A stretch of DNA of 63,188 bases, the filler included, from Rhabdomonas costata (lineage: Eukaryota), in assembly GCA_019059605.1 (NCBI GenBank). It is 32 parts of 32 records of this genome, joined end to end, with 100 filler letters (N's around TTAATTAATTAA, not from the genome) between each part and the next. Parts side by side here need not be neighbours in the genome. Positions count along the whole stretch, not along the records: positions 21,764 to 23,641 come from JAHMHO010007850.1; positions 23,742 to 25,612 come from JAHMHO010007851.1; positions 25,713 to 27,600 come from JAHMHO010007852.1; positions 27,701 to 29,578 come from JAHMHO010007853.1; positions 29,679 to 31,556 come from JAHMHO010007854.1; positions 31,657 to 33,534 come from JAHMHO010007855.1; positions 33,635 to 35,511 come from JAHMHO010007856.1; positions 35,612 to 37,489 come from JAHMHO010007857.1; 24 more parts are not named here. One strand, given 5' to 3'. The translations under genes were made by a program, and so were the position numbers. Positions 22,920 to 36,007 of the stretch are shown piece after piece (positions within the stretch are counted from its first letter, which is position 1; each line of letters starts with the position of its first letter). The notes beneath the pieces were generated by a model. The model made no database searches and was not told the DNA's origin. It worked only from the letters and a program-made list of their open reading frames with translations.

Positions 22920-25767
22920 GTGTGTGGCTGTGGTTATTCTCGGGGCTGATGTTCGCTGTGTGTGGATGAGGATGGGGTTAACTGGGCTGGTGTGTTTGCG
23001 GGTCATTGGTTAATGACTTTAAGAACTCTTTTTGAAGCTTTTGCAGCTGGTATTATGGGCACATTCATTGTTTCGCTCGAAAGGCACTTCGGCTCAAAAG
23101 GAGCAACTTGAACATTTTCGCATCTTGCAGACACTATGAGTTCCAGCAGTGCCGACTTGGTTCCTGTTTGGGCTCATCGCTTCTGCATTTCTCTCACTGA
23201 TTCAAAGACGCTGCTTACACCGTTTGAAGACAGTTTCGGTTTCCACATCGCACGCTAACCCCCCGCGCAACAGAGAAAATAGAAGACACATGGGTCTTGG
23301 GCCGTAATATCCCTTCCCAACGGTTCCTTCTTTAGTGTTTGTGTTCAAATACTTTTCCGTGCATCATTAAAATTGCGGTCGACACTTTTGTTTGGCGAAA
23401 TCAAAAAGCAGGATTGTGACCAATCCAGTGCACACACCAAACACCAGTTTCTACCCTGGAAAACTCCCGAAAATCCAAATTCGGACGAAAAAATGTTAAA
23501 ATTTGCCTTCAAAAACGACTCAAATTAAAATATGGCGCAGTACCAACGAGCTCGGTCGACAATATTTTTGTATACCTTTCAGCACAAAGAGAATTCACCG
23601 CCATTTAGCAGCGCAGTGTAGATTTTTCTCTCCACAAAACCNNNNNNNNNNNNNNNNNNNNNNNNNNNNNNNNNNNNNNNNNNNNTTAATTAATTAANNN
23701 NNNNNNNNNNNNNNNNNNNNNNNNNNNNNNNNNNNNNNNNNTGGGTGTTGGGGTAGGGAAAGAGGAAAGCATCCCGTCCGGCATAATCAGTTTCTGCCAC
23801 TGTGGTAAATGATGCCTCTTTCCTTGACCTTATCCCTTATCCTTTGCATTTGGGGCTGCTGCTCTGTGCCCGAGACTCTGGAGGTTTTTTAAAAGCTTCC
23901 GTAGCATTAAAGAATCCGCTTCCGTATGTTTGATTAGGAAGGCTTTCGGCCTGGTTGCTGCTTGCTGGACCAATTGCTTCAGGAAAAGAAATGAGTGCCG
24001 AATTCCACAGGAATGAATTGGTTTATGTGCTTGCGCTTGCGTGAGTGCGGGTGTGTGAGCGTGAGTATTTTTCGTCACGTCCAAGACATGAGCCGTGGTG
24101 TTTTTTCCATCGTTTGCTATGGTCTTTGTTATATTCACCGAAATTGATGTAAATCTGAGCCCATGCCTCTGTAATAGTGCGTGTGGCGATTTGTGGAAAC
24201 CGATGATGTAGGCAGTTTACTCGTTTCAACCCATGCAAAAATCCACAACACATAACAAAAAAGAAAGCGTACCTCAAGGGCTCGACTAGCTGCCTCCACA
24301 GCCGCCAAGCGTGTTAACAGAGCAGCCGTCTTTCCCTTTGATTGAACAAAGTGCACAAGCCAACTTTCGTCAAAAAGACGCGAGAAGCGCAGAGCTACGT
24401 GTGTCCATAAGAATGTTGCATCAACAAACCTTATGTCCCCACCTACTTCATGTCTCTTTGTTTCTCTTGTTTTCCATGGATTCCACAAAAGAAGCCTGAG
24501 CCCCTACCGGCTGACAGACTTACCTACAACCCAGCGGCAGAAAAAGAAGACCTACAAGCTCCCAAGCTCCAACTGTTTTGGGGCTTAAGCCTACGCACAG
24601 GAAACGGCTGCGCGCTGGTGCTTGCACCCCAGGCCAGTCACTTCCATTTTTGGCGGCTCATATATTGTACAATCTTGTGCCGCTTCTTGCCCGCTGCAGC
24701 CGGTGGGTTTGACGGAGGCACCCACAACTCAGGGGAAAGCAAAAAAATGGAAAAAAAGAAAAAAAAATGTAGTAGGTGTAAAGGTGTAAAGGAATGAGAG
24801 CTAAGAACGCACCTCAAGGGTCTGCTGGTTCACTTGCAGCTTTTGCACCAGGTCCTCCAGTGAGGAGAGCGAACGGTCCTGAAAGATGTGTGTATTTGTG
24901 TGTGGCTGAATGCGCTTTTGTTCATTTCGAAACAGCCTTTTTTTTTAACAGGTTTCACCACTCCAAAGGCCAGCACAACCAAAGAGTATTCTCAAAGGCA
25001 AGAGCACCGCGGTCTGGGGAGAGGGAAGTGTTGTATTCTAATCACCCAAAAAAAAACATTCAAAAGAACTCGTTGACCAGGGCGAGGAAATGAAGTGAAT
25101 TCGAGACACGAAAAGTACATTCGCTCGCTTGCACCCAAACCAATGCAACCTGCGGAAGACGCGCTGCCTGCGTGGATAAACTTTCGGGCTGGGAAACACG
25201 ACTTGAAGTAACGCCGCTGGATTCGGTGCTCGACCGGAGCCCCGGTCTTGGGATCTTCTCCCATTGCAGCCCCAGGGCAACCAGCGACATCAAGAATATC
25301 ACAACCAGCAGCAAAAACAAGAAAATGTAGTACGTGGGGCGTGAGCGGCGAGAACCGCGGCAGTGACCAGCGGGGCCATCGATCAAGCCCTGAGCAGCGA
25401 GTCCAGCCTCGCGACTGCAGCTGTGAGTGCCGTGCTGAATGTGGGAAGGCGCAGGTATAAGCCCAACTGAAGTGGCCAAGAAGGTGCCACCAGGGCTTCC
25501 AGCTGCCCCCAAACCTGGGTCCTCCAAGTCAGCCACAGCCTTCTCCTTGCGCAGAGAAGCATCTCTTCGACTCATGGCATCTTTTCAGTTTCAGAGCCTT
25601 CAACAACAACCCNNNNNNNNNNNNNNNNNNNNNNNNNNNNNNNNNNNNNNNNNNNNTTAATTAATTAANNNNNNNNNNNNNNNNNNNNNNNNNNNNNNNN
25701 NNNNNNNNNNNNGGCCCAGGGATTTTGACCTTGTGTCATCTTTGCGCCAAGCTTTTTGTCTCAAAAG

Positions 25768-26685
25768 ATGCGTCGATGGATGTTGCAGCTTGCTTCTGCT
25801 TCTGTGAAGCCGATGCGGGGTACTTTTTCTTCTTCCGTTCCCCTGTTTCATTTTTCGGCACTTCCAGGGGCTCTGGGTTGTGGTGGTTTCATTTAGGCCG
25901 CCGTATTCAGAAAGCCGCCATCGAAGTTACGGAAAATGCTGCAAAACGGTTGCAGTGGCTGTTGTCCCAGAAGAATGACAATCCACTGGGTATTTTGTTT
26001 ACCCTTTATTTTGATCGAGAGCGTGTGGTTGTGCGGTTGAACTTTGTCCGGTTAAATTTATCAAACCACCTCCCGCTTTTATGTATAAGGCATAAAAATT
26101 TACTGCTTAGTTTACTACCTGTTATACTTGGAAATTTAGGGCCGAGGTAATTTCTGTACGTCCGCGATGTCATGGGCAATGGAGTCCTCGAGAACGTTAT
26201 TTTTGGTCTCGCAAGGGGGTTAGCAGGTGCACGTGTCCCAGCACCAACCAAAAATTTTGCAATGTCATGAGCTTTCAACAAAATATTGGCGTTGCTGTAA
26301 ATTATTCTGTGAAAACTAATATTATGATTAAAGTTTTTTGCCTGAAATTTTCTGATTGCCACAACAAAGAGGGGGGGTCCCAATTTGTATGTGGGGTCTA
26401 ACAATTTTTTAACATTTACTGAGGTTTTCTGTCAAACTAGCTTCCGTAGAGCTTTATGCTCAAAGATTTGCGTATTCGCATATTTTAGATGACCCCAAGG
26501 CACACTGACGGCTGTTTTGTTTGCCCTCTCTCCTCTTTTCAGGCATTCGAGTTGGTGTAGTGAAGCGTGGCTGCAATGGCATGAGCTACACGATGAATTA
26601 CGAGTACCCCGCACCCGCTGGGGAGAGTTCCAAGCCGGCTACTGTTGTTGTGGACAAGGGAGTCTCAATTTTCCTGGAACCAGAG
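25768..26685 (+). CDS. ISA1: Mitochondrial A-type Fe-S assembly protein IscA/ISA1, exons 25768-25819, 25897-25989, 26543-26685 (3' end missing)
   Basis: Arg-rich targeting peptide, AAIEVTENAAKRL, GIRVGVVKRGCNGMSYTMNY, DKGVSIFLEP. Confidence 0.93.
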
Positions 26686-26922
26686 GTGTGGAGTTGGGTT
26701 CCCCCAGGTTTCAGCTTCCCCCCCCCCCTTCCTGTATTCTGAATGCAGTGGACTGGTTTTGTGTTGCAGGGGAGTAGATTTGAGCTGGTTTTGGAGTTGT
26801 TTCCGAGTTGTTTTTGATGTGCTTATGAGTGCGATGCGTGCATGGTTTGAATGTTTTTGACCTGGTTTCGGATGTGTGGGTGTTTTTGGTCTGGGTTAGA
26901 CGTGTGGGAGTGGTTTTGGCCT

Positions 26923-26982
26923 GGGTTAGGGTTAGGGTTAGGGTTAGGGTTAGGGTTAGGGTTAGGGTTAGGGTTAGGGTTA
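26923..26982 (+). repeat. Interstitial telomeric repeat (GGGTTA)10
   Basis: 10 perfect units, flanked on both sides by non-telomeric sequence. Confidence 0.97.
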
Positions 26983-28197
26983 CAGAAAAGAAGGTAAACT
27001 AAGATGGAGTTTGTCATTTAGTGGATAATCAGATAATATAGTGATTAAGTTCTTTTGAGGTTTCTTGTAAACTGCCAGGTTTTGCTTGGATCTTGAACCG
27101 TATCGCATACAACGCAACCTAAAAAGGCGAAAAACGCGATTTTTCGAAAAATTGCCGAATACCAAAATACAACACCCAGGGGGTGTAGAATCTCGAAATG
27201 TGCCTAAATATACCACAATTAGTGCAAAAACAAAGAAGGAAAACAGATTCGAATACTCCGATATGACCCAAAAAGTCGATTTTTGGGGCTCCAGTAGCCT
27301 TCCATCGAAAACTTTCATTTTTTTTTTAAAAAAAACCGCAACCCTAACCTTCACCCCGAGAGTACTCCCGCATGGTCTGAGACTGCAAATGCGGCGGTTT
27401 TCCTGCATCTCTGCTGGACGGTTCATAACCCGAAATAATGATTCCATGCTACGTACCCAAACCAATGCCCAAAACATGGCTCCTGGAGAAAATTACAAAC
27501 CATACAAACCGCCATAGAACGAAAATGACCAAGAATTTGCGAAATTTTCGAAAATCTCCCGAATACAATGATGTCCCGGGGGTATAGCACCCCCCAAACC
27601 NNNNNNNNNNNNNNNNNNNNNNNNNNNNNNNNNNNNNNNNNNNNTTAATTAATTAANNNNNNNNNNNNNNNNNNNNNNNNNNNNNNNNNNNNNNNNNNNN
27701 GCGTTGTATGGCAGGAGGCGGGAGAATGGGGAATGGGGTGACCTCAGTGCTCGTATATTTCTTGTGTGTGGACCGGGGAAATAAACCATCTTGCATGACA
27801 CTGCTGCACCTCTGTCACGTGCAGGTTTATGTGTTTCGCTGAAGAAGTTCCCTTCTGTTCAATTGTTTTCGCCTCGCGCGCACGCGCTTGAGGGTTACAG
27901 TGGAACAACCACCACAGTTAAAGAGCAACTTTTATACTGTCTTCCCCATGAGTCAGGTTGTCCTTCCAGAGGAATGTGCTGCTGGTTTCCCTTCTCCCAA
28001 TCGAAGGTTGGCAAGCAGGAGTCAAATCCTCCACAGACCACTAGTCAGTGGGGAGCTATCATTCACTGCACAATACACCACGACCCGCCATTTTCTGCGG
28101 ACGCTTCTTAGAGTGTCTGAAAAAGCAAGCACCTGTGATGTTCGATGCGTGCGCTTATGAGAGAGCAAAGCAGTGCGCACGCCTTTTTTGTGGCGGA

Positions 28198-29075
28198 CCG
28201 TACGTTGCCCACCAGCCGGCAGGCGTACAGGTACTTCTCCCTCAGAGTGGGGTGCACACTGACCTCCTGCAGGGAGTACCGCACCGTTGCGCCGTTGGTG
28301 GGGGTGTCACACAGCTCAAGCCCACTCCGAGGAATGCAGTAGGAGCCTTGCGGAACCTCCACATAGACGTCCTGGTGGGAAATTACGAGATCTAATACAA
28401 CAACAACTAATAAATTTGCGTGTGTGGATGTCAAAGGCACAACGTGTTTCACTGTTACCAGCAGCAAGACACCTCTGTAGGCATGCAACGCACCAGACAT
28501 GAAGTACCCCGAAGACAAAGGAAAAAAGGATAAGCAGCTGTGCCCAACAAATCATGGCAACAAATACCGCAAATTGAACCAAAATAGAATGCGGCAAATA
28601 GAACCAAAAACGGACTGGTGCCACGTAGAGGACCTCTCCACACAATCATAACAATACGAATACTCGGAGACGCGATGACGCGATATTTGAACCGTCGGGC
28701 ATTCATAAATTTAACCACTTTCTCAGCGAATTTACTCAGGGTGGTCTATCCTCGCGACCACCAAAGATGGCAAAGCACCACCAAAAATGTTACGGGAAAG
28801 CAGGATTTGGGAAGGGGAGGTGGCGATACCCCATTGCTTAGAGTGAGCTTCACGGTGCCGCGGGACAGCGAAAGTGGTGGAAGCCTGGACGTGTCCAATG
28901 GGACCAGCAGCTGCCTACCCCCAGGAGCTGCCTCCTGCGGCCTCCTCCCCGCAGCAGCACCTCCCAGGCACACCTTTTCGGGAGGCGTGGGCCTTGCCTC
29001 CACGGAAGGCTGGGCCTGTGGCAGCGGTGAACTGCCTTCCTGGGCAGTGCGTTGGGAAGCCTTTGTGGTGACAAG
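28198..29075 (-). CDS. Probable exons of a hypothetical protein (~29075-28850, ~28390-28198)
   Basis: GC-rich protein-like blocks (DLVISHQDVYVEVPQGSYC..LREKYLYACRL); no family recognised. Confidence 0.4.
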
Positions 29076-30171
29076 GTGAGACGAGAATCGGGGCAAAACC
29101 TCAAAAAAGAAGGGACGAAATTCACAAGGTGTCGGTGAGTATTCAAACCAAAAACTACCCGAATAGGGAATTAATATTTTAATAAAGACATGGCGACAGA
29201 AACACAGAGAATTAAGCGATGGCGCAGCAACTTTGGTGCGAAAGCACAAGAGTCCATGGTATAGGGAAAAAAGACGAGGGGATGAAGTGCAGGCGGGAAG
29301 GTAAAGGTTTTGGAACAGAGGTGGTCGAGGCTGTTGTTTGGAATTGGGAATTAAGGAACGAGTAACCGGGGCAAACGTCGCGGGGGACGAAGATCGGTTA
29401 GGGGCATCCACTGCCCGTGGACTTTTGACCGCTGTACGTTTTATGGAGAAGAAAAAGGAGATTTGTGATACAGAAAGACTCCGCACTCGGGGAAACCTGA
29501 TGGGGCTCCTGCTGCGGCCGCTGAAGGGGCGCGACTTCTGTTTCGCGGTGGGCAGACCCTGAGAGGTGACACAAACACNNNNNNNNNNNNNNNNNNNNNN
29601 NNNNNNNNNNNNNNNNNNNNNNTTAATTAATTAANNNNNNNNNNNNNNNNNNNNNNNNNNNNNNNNNNNNNNNNNNNNGTGTTGGGTGTGGTTGGTGTTT
29701 TTTGGGGTGTGTTTGGGTGTGGGGGTCCCTTGACGCTGGACATTCGCTGTGTTGGCTACACCAAATAGATCTCACTTTGCGTTTTTTGGTGCAGCCCGCT
29801 TCCTTGCTCATGTAAGCTGCCCTCATTCTTTTTGCCGCTCTGGTGGCCATGTTGGTGATGGTGGTGGTGCCGGTGCTTTCGTTCTCATTCACAAAATTGT
29901 TACAGGCCGTGTAACCAATAAGTTCCAACAAAAAAAAGCTTCAGAGAGTGTCTAGCAGGCGGGGGCCAGGGCTTTACACCACTAAACAATTCAAAAATTG
30001 CATACGCACTGATTACAATAATGTCCTCAGATGGATGATGTTTGGCAGAGAGGACCGGAGATCGGCAGACGAGGCGAGATGGGTGTTAAGGGAACTCCCG
30101 TCCCGCTCCGTAGACGAAAGGCATGGGCGCACATATACGCAACAGAGGTCTGTACCCGTAGCGAAGGAGAC

Positions 30172-30962
30172 CCACAGCCGCCCAAACCAGGGGTAGGTGG
30201 CGGTCCACACAAAGCTGTTGGGGTCGCTGTGGTTCACCGCGGCAAACCACACCGCGTCGGTGCTATTCATCACCGCCCACCACATTAGAGATGTGGGCCT
30301 GCCGTGACTGTCGCATAGCCACTCCGTTTGGTTGCCCGCGGTCTGAGGAAAATGACCCACACCCACACTTCTAGATATGGTGGAAGTCAATTTCTCACTG
30401 CACAGCCGCTCCTCATCACCGCTCATCACCCCTTTCCTGTTGGGCATAGGTTCTTGGGCACCGCAAAAGATGCCCGCTTATGATTTCCTCCGCTCCGTGC
30501 TCATGAAGTGGTCTTGGGTTGAGGTGGGACGATCCTCAAAGAACGAGCGCGTTCTCAGTACCCTCAGCGCACCATCCTAATTGCATTTTTTCTGGGGAGA
30601 ACTCGAGGTGCACCTCCCCCTTGGGCTCCCACCCGATGGGGCATGGGCCCATCGGGCCTCACAGCCTTGTCGACCCATCAACGTTGCATGGTGCCTTGTC
30701 CCGCTGTCTTGTCACGAAGGGTTGACTTACCCCATGTGGCATACACACACAGACCACGTCGTAGGTCCACATGGTGTAATTTCCGGGCTCCAGGTGGGAG
30801 AAGTAGCCGTACAGCGCGCCCTGAGCGGAGGTGAAGTGCACGGTGCTGCTGAACTGCGAGCGGCTGACCAGCCCAAAGAACAGTGGCATGAAGGAGCTGG
30901 GCGCCGCGGAGACTACCCCGGACATGAAGTTGTACTTGTTGATCCGCACCACGCTCTCCGCC
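30172..30962 (-). CDS. Extracellular Cache-like sensor region of a membrane receptor, exons 30962-30755 and 30342-30172
   Basis: In-frame GT-AG exons; VHFTSAQGALYGY and VWFAAV..FVWTATYPW resemble dCache motifs; several N-x-S/T sites. Confidence 0.55.
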
Positions 30963-32235
30963 CTGAGCGCCCGCACCCACACGGGGAGATCACCAATCGG
31001 GGAATCCGGCAAAAGGCACTGTGTTGGTGGAGGAGTTTTCTGCCTCCAGCGGGATTTTTCATTTTTCTCTCTGCTGCGTGGCTGATGTTGGGCGGCGGAG
31101 GTTGGCACAAACAATTACAAGCGCGCCGGTAGCAACTCTCTGCCACCTCTTTCAACTAACCTCTTGAGCACATGCTCACCCAGTCACGTGCAATCAAACT
31201 TTTCAGGTTGTGCAGCAGAAGAAAAGCCACCACAGCGGTCAGAGCAAAGTAGGTGTCCACCGGCCGACAACCTGTCCAACAAATTTCCATTTGATGTGAG
31301 GCAGAAAACCATCACCAGGAAATGGGAACGGAACGGCAAAAAAAAAGAGAGCATGGGCACACGCACATCGCAAAACGCCACAAACATTTCGCATACAGAC
31401 CCACTCAGACCGAAAACACAGGCCCTTCTGTTGTCATCGACTGACCCTTCCCCACACAGTCGATCTCAGTACTCGTACCTTCACCTGGTGAAGGTAGAGG
31501 TGAAGGCCCCAAAGAAACAAGAACAAGAGCAAAACCACACCCCACACACCCCACACNNNNNNNNNNNNNNNNNNNNNNNNNNNNNNNNNNNNNNNNNNNN
31601 TTAATTAATTAANNNNNNNNNNNNNNNNNNNNNNNNNNNNNNNNNNNNNNNNNNNNGGTTGTGTGTGTGTGTGCCCGTGTGTGTTTGTTCGCAATTGCGT
31701 GCATAATGCGTGAACTTTTCACAGTGCGGCGGGCTGGTGCTGAATGGCGGACCCGTCGCGCCCGGCGCCGGTGTACAAGGCAGCACTCCACCGCTCAAAG
31801 GTGCGCTGACTTCGTCAAGCCGCTTTTGCTCTCTTTATTATTTTCGTGTTTTTTTTTTTGTGCATTCATTATTGCACCTCCTGCTTCTTCTACCGTGCTT
31901 TGCTTCAGGACCTGACCCTGGGGAGACATGATGATTCGGAACGAGACAGCCGGTTTGTCTCTGTGAGATGTTTTAGCTGGAAATAGCACCCTGTCGCGGT
32001 TGAAGGCACACCCTACCATGTGTGAGATCGTCCTGATCAGCCCCCTTGAAAATTTTCAAACGTCCGCCTCACTAATTTTCATTCTCATCTATTTGTGCCT
32101 TCAGACGATTGCCTGTGACAAGCCTCTCCAGAAGACAAGAGGTTTGCTTCAAGTTTTTGGTTTGGGTGGCTGCCGCCCAGTGAAAACGTCTGTCCTTGCT
32201 TGTATCCGAATGTCTGTATGCTGCTTCTGTTGCAG

Positions 32236-33332
32236 CCTTCGGCCGCACCTGAGCGGCAAGAACCTTCGAGCCGTGCGACCGACCAGGCTGGCAGCCGCAG
32301 CCGCGGTGCTGAACCTGAGGGCAGCAAAGCTGCTGCTCCCTTACCCAGAGATGTCAGGGTCCTTCGCAACGTCAAAGGTTTGCGTGTGTTTCCGAGGCCG
32401 TTGTGAGGCCGCACTGCGAGCCACGCTATTTTTAAGTACTCCGTGTGTCTGATGATGTTTTCCCAGTGCCTCATGTCACTCTGAGTTTTTGAGGTCCCCC
32501 CCCCGTGTCGTGGAGGCATAGTTGCTTTCACTTATGGCAAACGCCTCTGCCTGGCAAGGGTATGTTTGGATGTCAGCCATACACAGGTCACAGCGTGCTC
32601 TAGAGGTGGCGCGCAAAGGGGGGTATAAGCTCGAGCTCGGCAAAGGGAGCCGAGCCTCCCCATGCACTTACTGTTCTTCGATTTTCTTCTTGTGAGGTGA
32701 CGCGGACCGTATTTGTGACTTGTGATTTGTAACTCAAAAGGCTTTGCAGTGCCGATAAGGTCTGTTGAACAGCCCAGAGTGACAGCTTCAGTGAAGCATG
32801 GTTTCAGCGACGCGCATTTCTTTGCAGAGTTGGACAGCCTCTCTGTGAGCTCGCCGGCACTGGCGGATGCGTCGCGAGGCGTGGCGGGCGCGCCCCACCG
32901 TGACCAGGGCATCCCGATTCTCAAGCCTGTCATGGTGTGTGTGTGTGTGTCCATCTCTCTCCATCCATCAGATAAAAACATCCCGGCCAAAGGAGTGCCA
33001 GCAGTATATTCTCGGGTGCGCTCCATTCGTGCATGTTTATTGGGTACAAGGTTTTGGTTTCTTTTTAGATCAGGTGGATCTGTGCTTCGTCAACTTCTCA
33101 AATAGGTTTTCAAAACAGGGCTGTGCTGCAGTGATGTTGGAATATGTAGCACCCCAGAAGTGTATTCGCATCCATTTCTGGGTGAAACTAAGCTTCGCGT
33201 CAAGTCTGCACCCGGCTGGCGTTTCGCTCGCGCGTTTCTTTTAGGGGGCGAAGTTTATGAGTGACGGATTGGAGGTCTGTGTGGACGCGATGCAGCAGAT
33301 TCTCGGGGACAACACCGATTTTGTTGTTGTGG
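32236..33332 (+). CDS. SMG9: SMG9-like NMD factor, exons 32236-32377, 32828-32934, 33245-33332
   Basis: Disordered N-terminus, then PILKPVM|GAKFMSDGLEVCVDAMQQILGDNTDFVVVG, similar to the segment before the SMG9 P-loop; P-loop exon not in the contig. Confidence 0.6.
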
Positions 33333-33634
33333 GTGTGTCTTCTTTCAGCTCTCCATACGCCTTCCGGATACGGATTGAGATGGATGATTCCAGGTTCCGC
33401 ATCCATTGTCCTCATAAAGAGGGGCTGAGTTTCTGCCTTGGCTTTTGTTAGATTGGATTGGGAGCATGTTTTGATGTCTGGGTGCAAAAAGATGGACTGT
33501 TAAAGCAAATGGAACGTATTTATTCCGCAAACAANNNNNNNNNNNNNNNNNNNNNNNNNNNNNNNNNNNNNNNNNNNNTTAATTAATTAANNNNNNNNNN
33601 NNNNNNNNNNNNNNNNNNNNNNNNNNNNNNNNNN

Positions 33635-33768
33635 GGGGTTTTCTGAACATCAAAAACCCCTTCGTGCAGGGATTTTCAAATTTTTGATTCGTTGAAAGTC
33701 GAAAAATTCGTAGCTCACGGAGGCGTGTTTGGAAGCTCGGATTTTTCGGATTTTCGGCGCTTACGGTA
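33635..33768. mobile_element. One end of a Tc1/mariner(pogo)-like MITE
   Basis: Ends ...GGCGCTTACGG-TA (reverse complement TA-CCGTAAG); partner end is off the contig. Confidence 0.35.
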
Positions 33769-36007
33769 GAAGACGCAGCGGGGCTCGAAACACGTGACAC
33801 AGTGTGCTTCCCCAGAGCACGGATGTCCGAGGAAGGTTGCACACACCCCTTTGATGTCCACTTGGAGAAGAGCCTCATTTCAGCAGAGTACACCACAGTA
33901 TACAATGGTGGTCTGGCTCTTTGTATCATATACACATCATCCAACGGCTAAAGTCACCCGCACACAGATGGCGACGCCCTGCAAAAGGACCCGTGCAGAG
34001 TCCCGCCACCTGGAGAATGAATTTTGACCTTTTCAATCAACACAAAACATTCCTCTTCTCCTCCTACCCCCCATCATACAGCGGCTCTTGGCGCTGTACC
34101 ATCAATAATGGACAGAGGCCAAACCCCCGACCCCCCAGTTAATGTTAACTTTTTTTTGAAATTGGCATCCTATTATGTTTGGCGGAGAAAGAGAAACACT
34201 CACACCACAACCTGAACGCGCGAATTGACAACATCGGGACAAACGGTTTCACACAGGCGCAGCGCTTCCGTTTTTCCGTGTTTTTTCTTTTTGTGTGGTC
34301 TAAGAAAAGGAAATCTGTCTCTCAATTCACATTTCGAAGTGTGCTATGATCTCCGAAAAGGTGCACAGTGTCCATCCCCTGTGCGATGATATCTGATCTG
34401 CAGGAAATCCCACACATGGGGGGCACGCTCGAAAGCAAGTAGCGAGGGAGCGAGAGCAAGACGTAACGCAAAGCCGCATGAAATTCCACCCATACTGGAG
34501 GCGGGGCACTCCGCTTGACTGGCCCAGAGGACGACAGGTTGCCCTGAGCTTGGTCTTGCTCACCTGAATTCCAGGAGTGGAACACATCCAAAACCAAAGA
34601 CACAGAAAGTGCAGTCGCCCTCCAACCACAGATATCGGATGTGGTATTCTTCGTCAAAAAGGTCACAACTGCGATACTGATCATTGCCACAAGAGTTGTT
34701 AACTGACGATAGAGAGGGGACATCAAGCATTTCCTGTGCTTTTTATAATTGTCACTTTCGTTTGTTGCCGGACCTTTCTGAAATGCCCTTGGCATTTTTG
34801 GCATCGTGACATTTTGAGATGACGAGTTTCATATACGGAATGTACAGTTCGGGTCACATATAAGTTAGAGTAAAAAAAATTGGTACCAAAAAACCAACAT
34901 TTGGACTGGGGTAAGTAAAAATGTCTACGGCTGTTTGTTTTGGATTTGAAGTTGCTAAATTGAGGCTCACCTTATGTGGGATGTGAATTTGCCGGTGTTT
35001 CCAGATGAGCGGATGTTCATATATTTAGCTTGCCATGGCACGGGCCATATTCAATGCGAGGAAAGAATGGGCGTAGGGGGGTGGGGGAGTGCAGCGAACA
35101 ACCCAAGTCCGTGTTTGCATGCCGCGACCCTTGAGTGACCCCTGACATGGAGCCAGACGAGATCGCTGGAAGCATCGCCTCAGTGTCTACACCCACCCAC
35201 ACCCTCTTCTCTCTCTCTCACCCGCAAGCAACTCCTCGCGGCTAATAAACGGACGCAACAGTCATGCACAACACCACGAAGGACGGGAAAAGAAAGCAGA
35301 GCAAAAAAAAAACTAGAGGCAAAAAGGTGCTTTGCTCCTGCGCTTTGTACACAGCGCCACACAAAGAAGGGAACGTTCATTCGGTGTCTGGGTGCCCTTC
35401 AGGGTCACACAACACAAAAAAAACAAGTCATTAATAACTGATACTGCCCGCCCAGGGTTCCAAACCACTGCCTCTCTCACCTACACCGCCTGACCTTTGA
35501 CCCAAACACCCNNNNNNNNNNNNNNNNNNNNNNNNNNNNNNNNNNNNNNNNNNNNTTAATTAATTAANNNNNNNNNNNNNNNNNNNNNNNNNNNNNNNNN
35601 NNNNNNNNNNNGACCTTCCCCGTGCCCATCTTGAGGTCCTCCCGCACCACAAGCATGAGCTTGCACCTTCCGTTTCTCGGCATGTTGTTGTCATTCGCAT
35701 CTTGCGGACTTCTCGGCGTTGCTTGTTTCTCGGCGTTTATTTGTAAACCTTTCCCTCCATCCAGCTTCTCCTCCTTGCCCCCTCCCTCTCATTTCCCGAA
35801 TCCGGAAACCCACATAAAATAAAATCTCCCCATTCGCACACAAGCAAGCCTCGGCAGCGAAAGACAATCAAACCAACTGACTGCAGGTGCCATCGTTGCA
35901 ATGCAAAAAAAACATGTCCATGGATACCATCAATGCGAAGAAATGTATCACCAGCCCGCACAACGCAAGTCACGGAAAGGTCGAGAAATGTATCCCTAAA
36001 GGCGACT

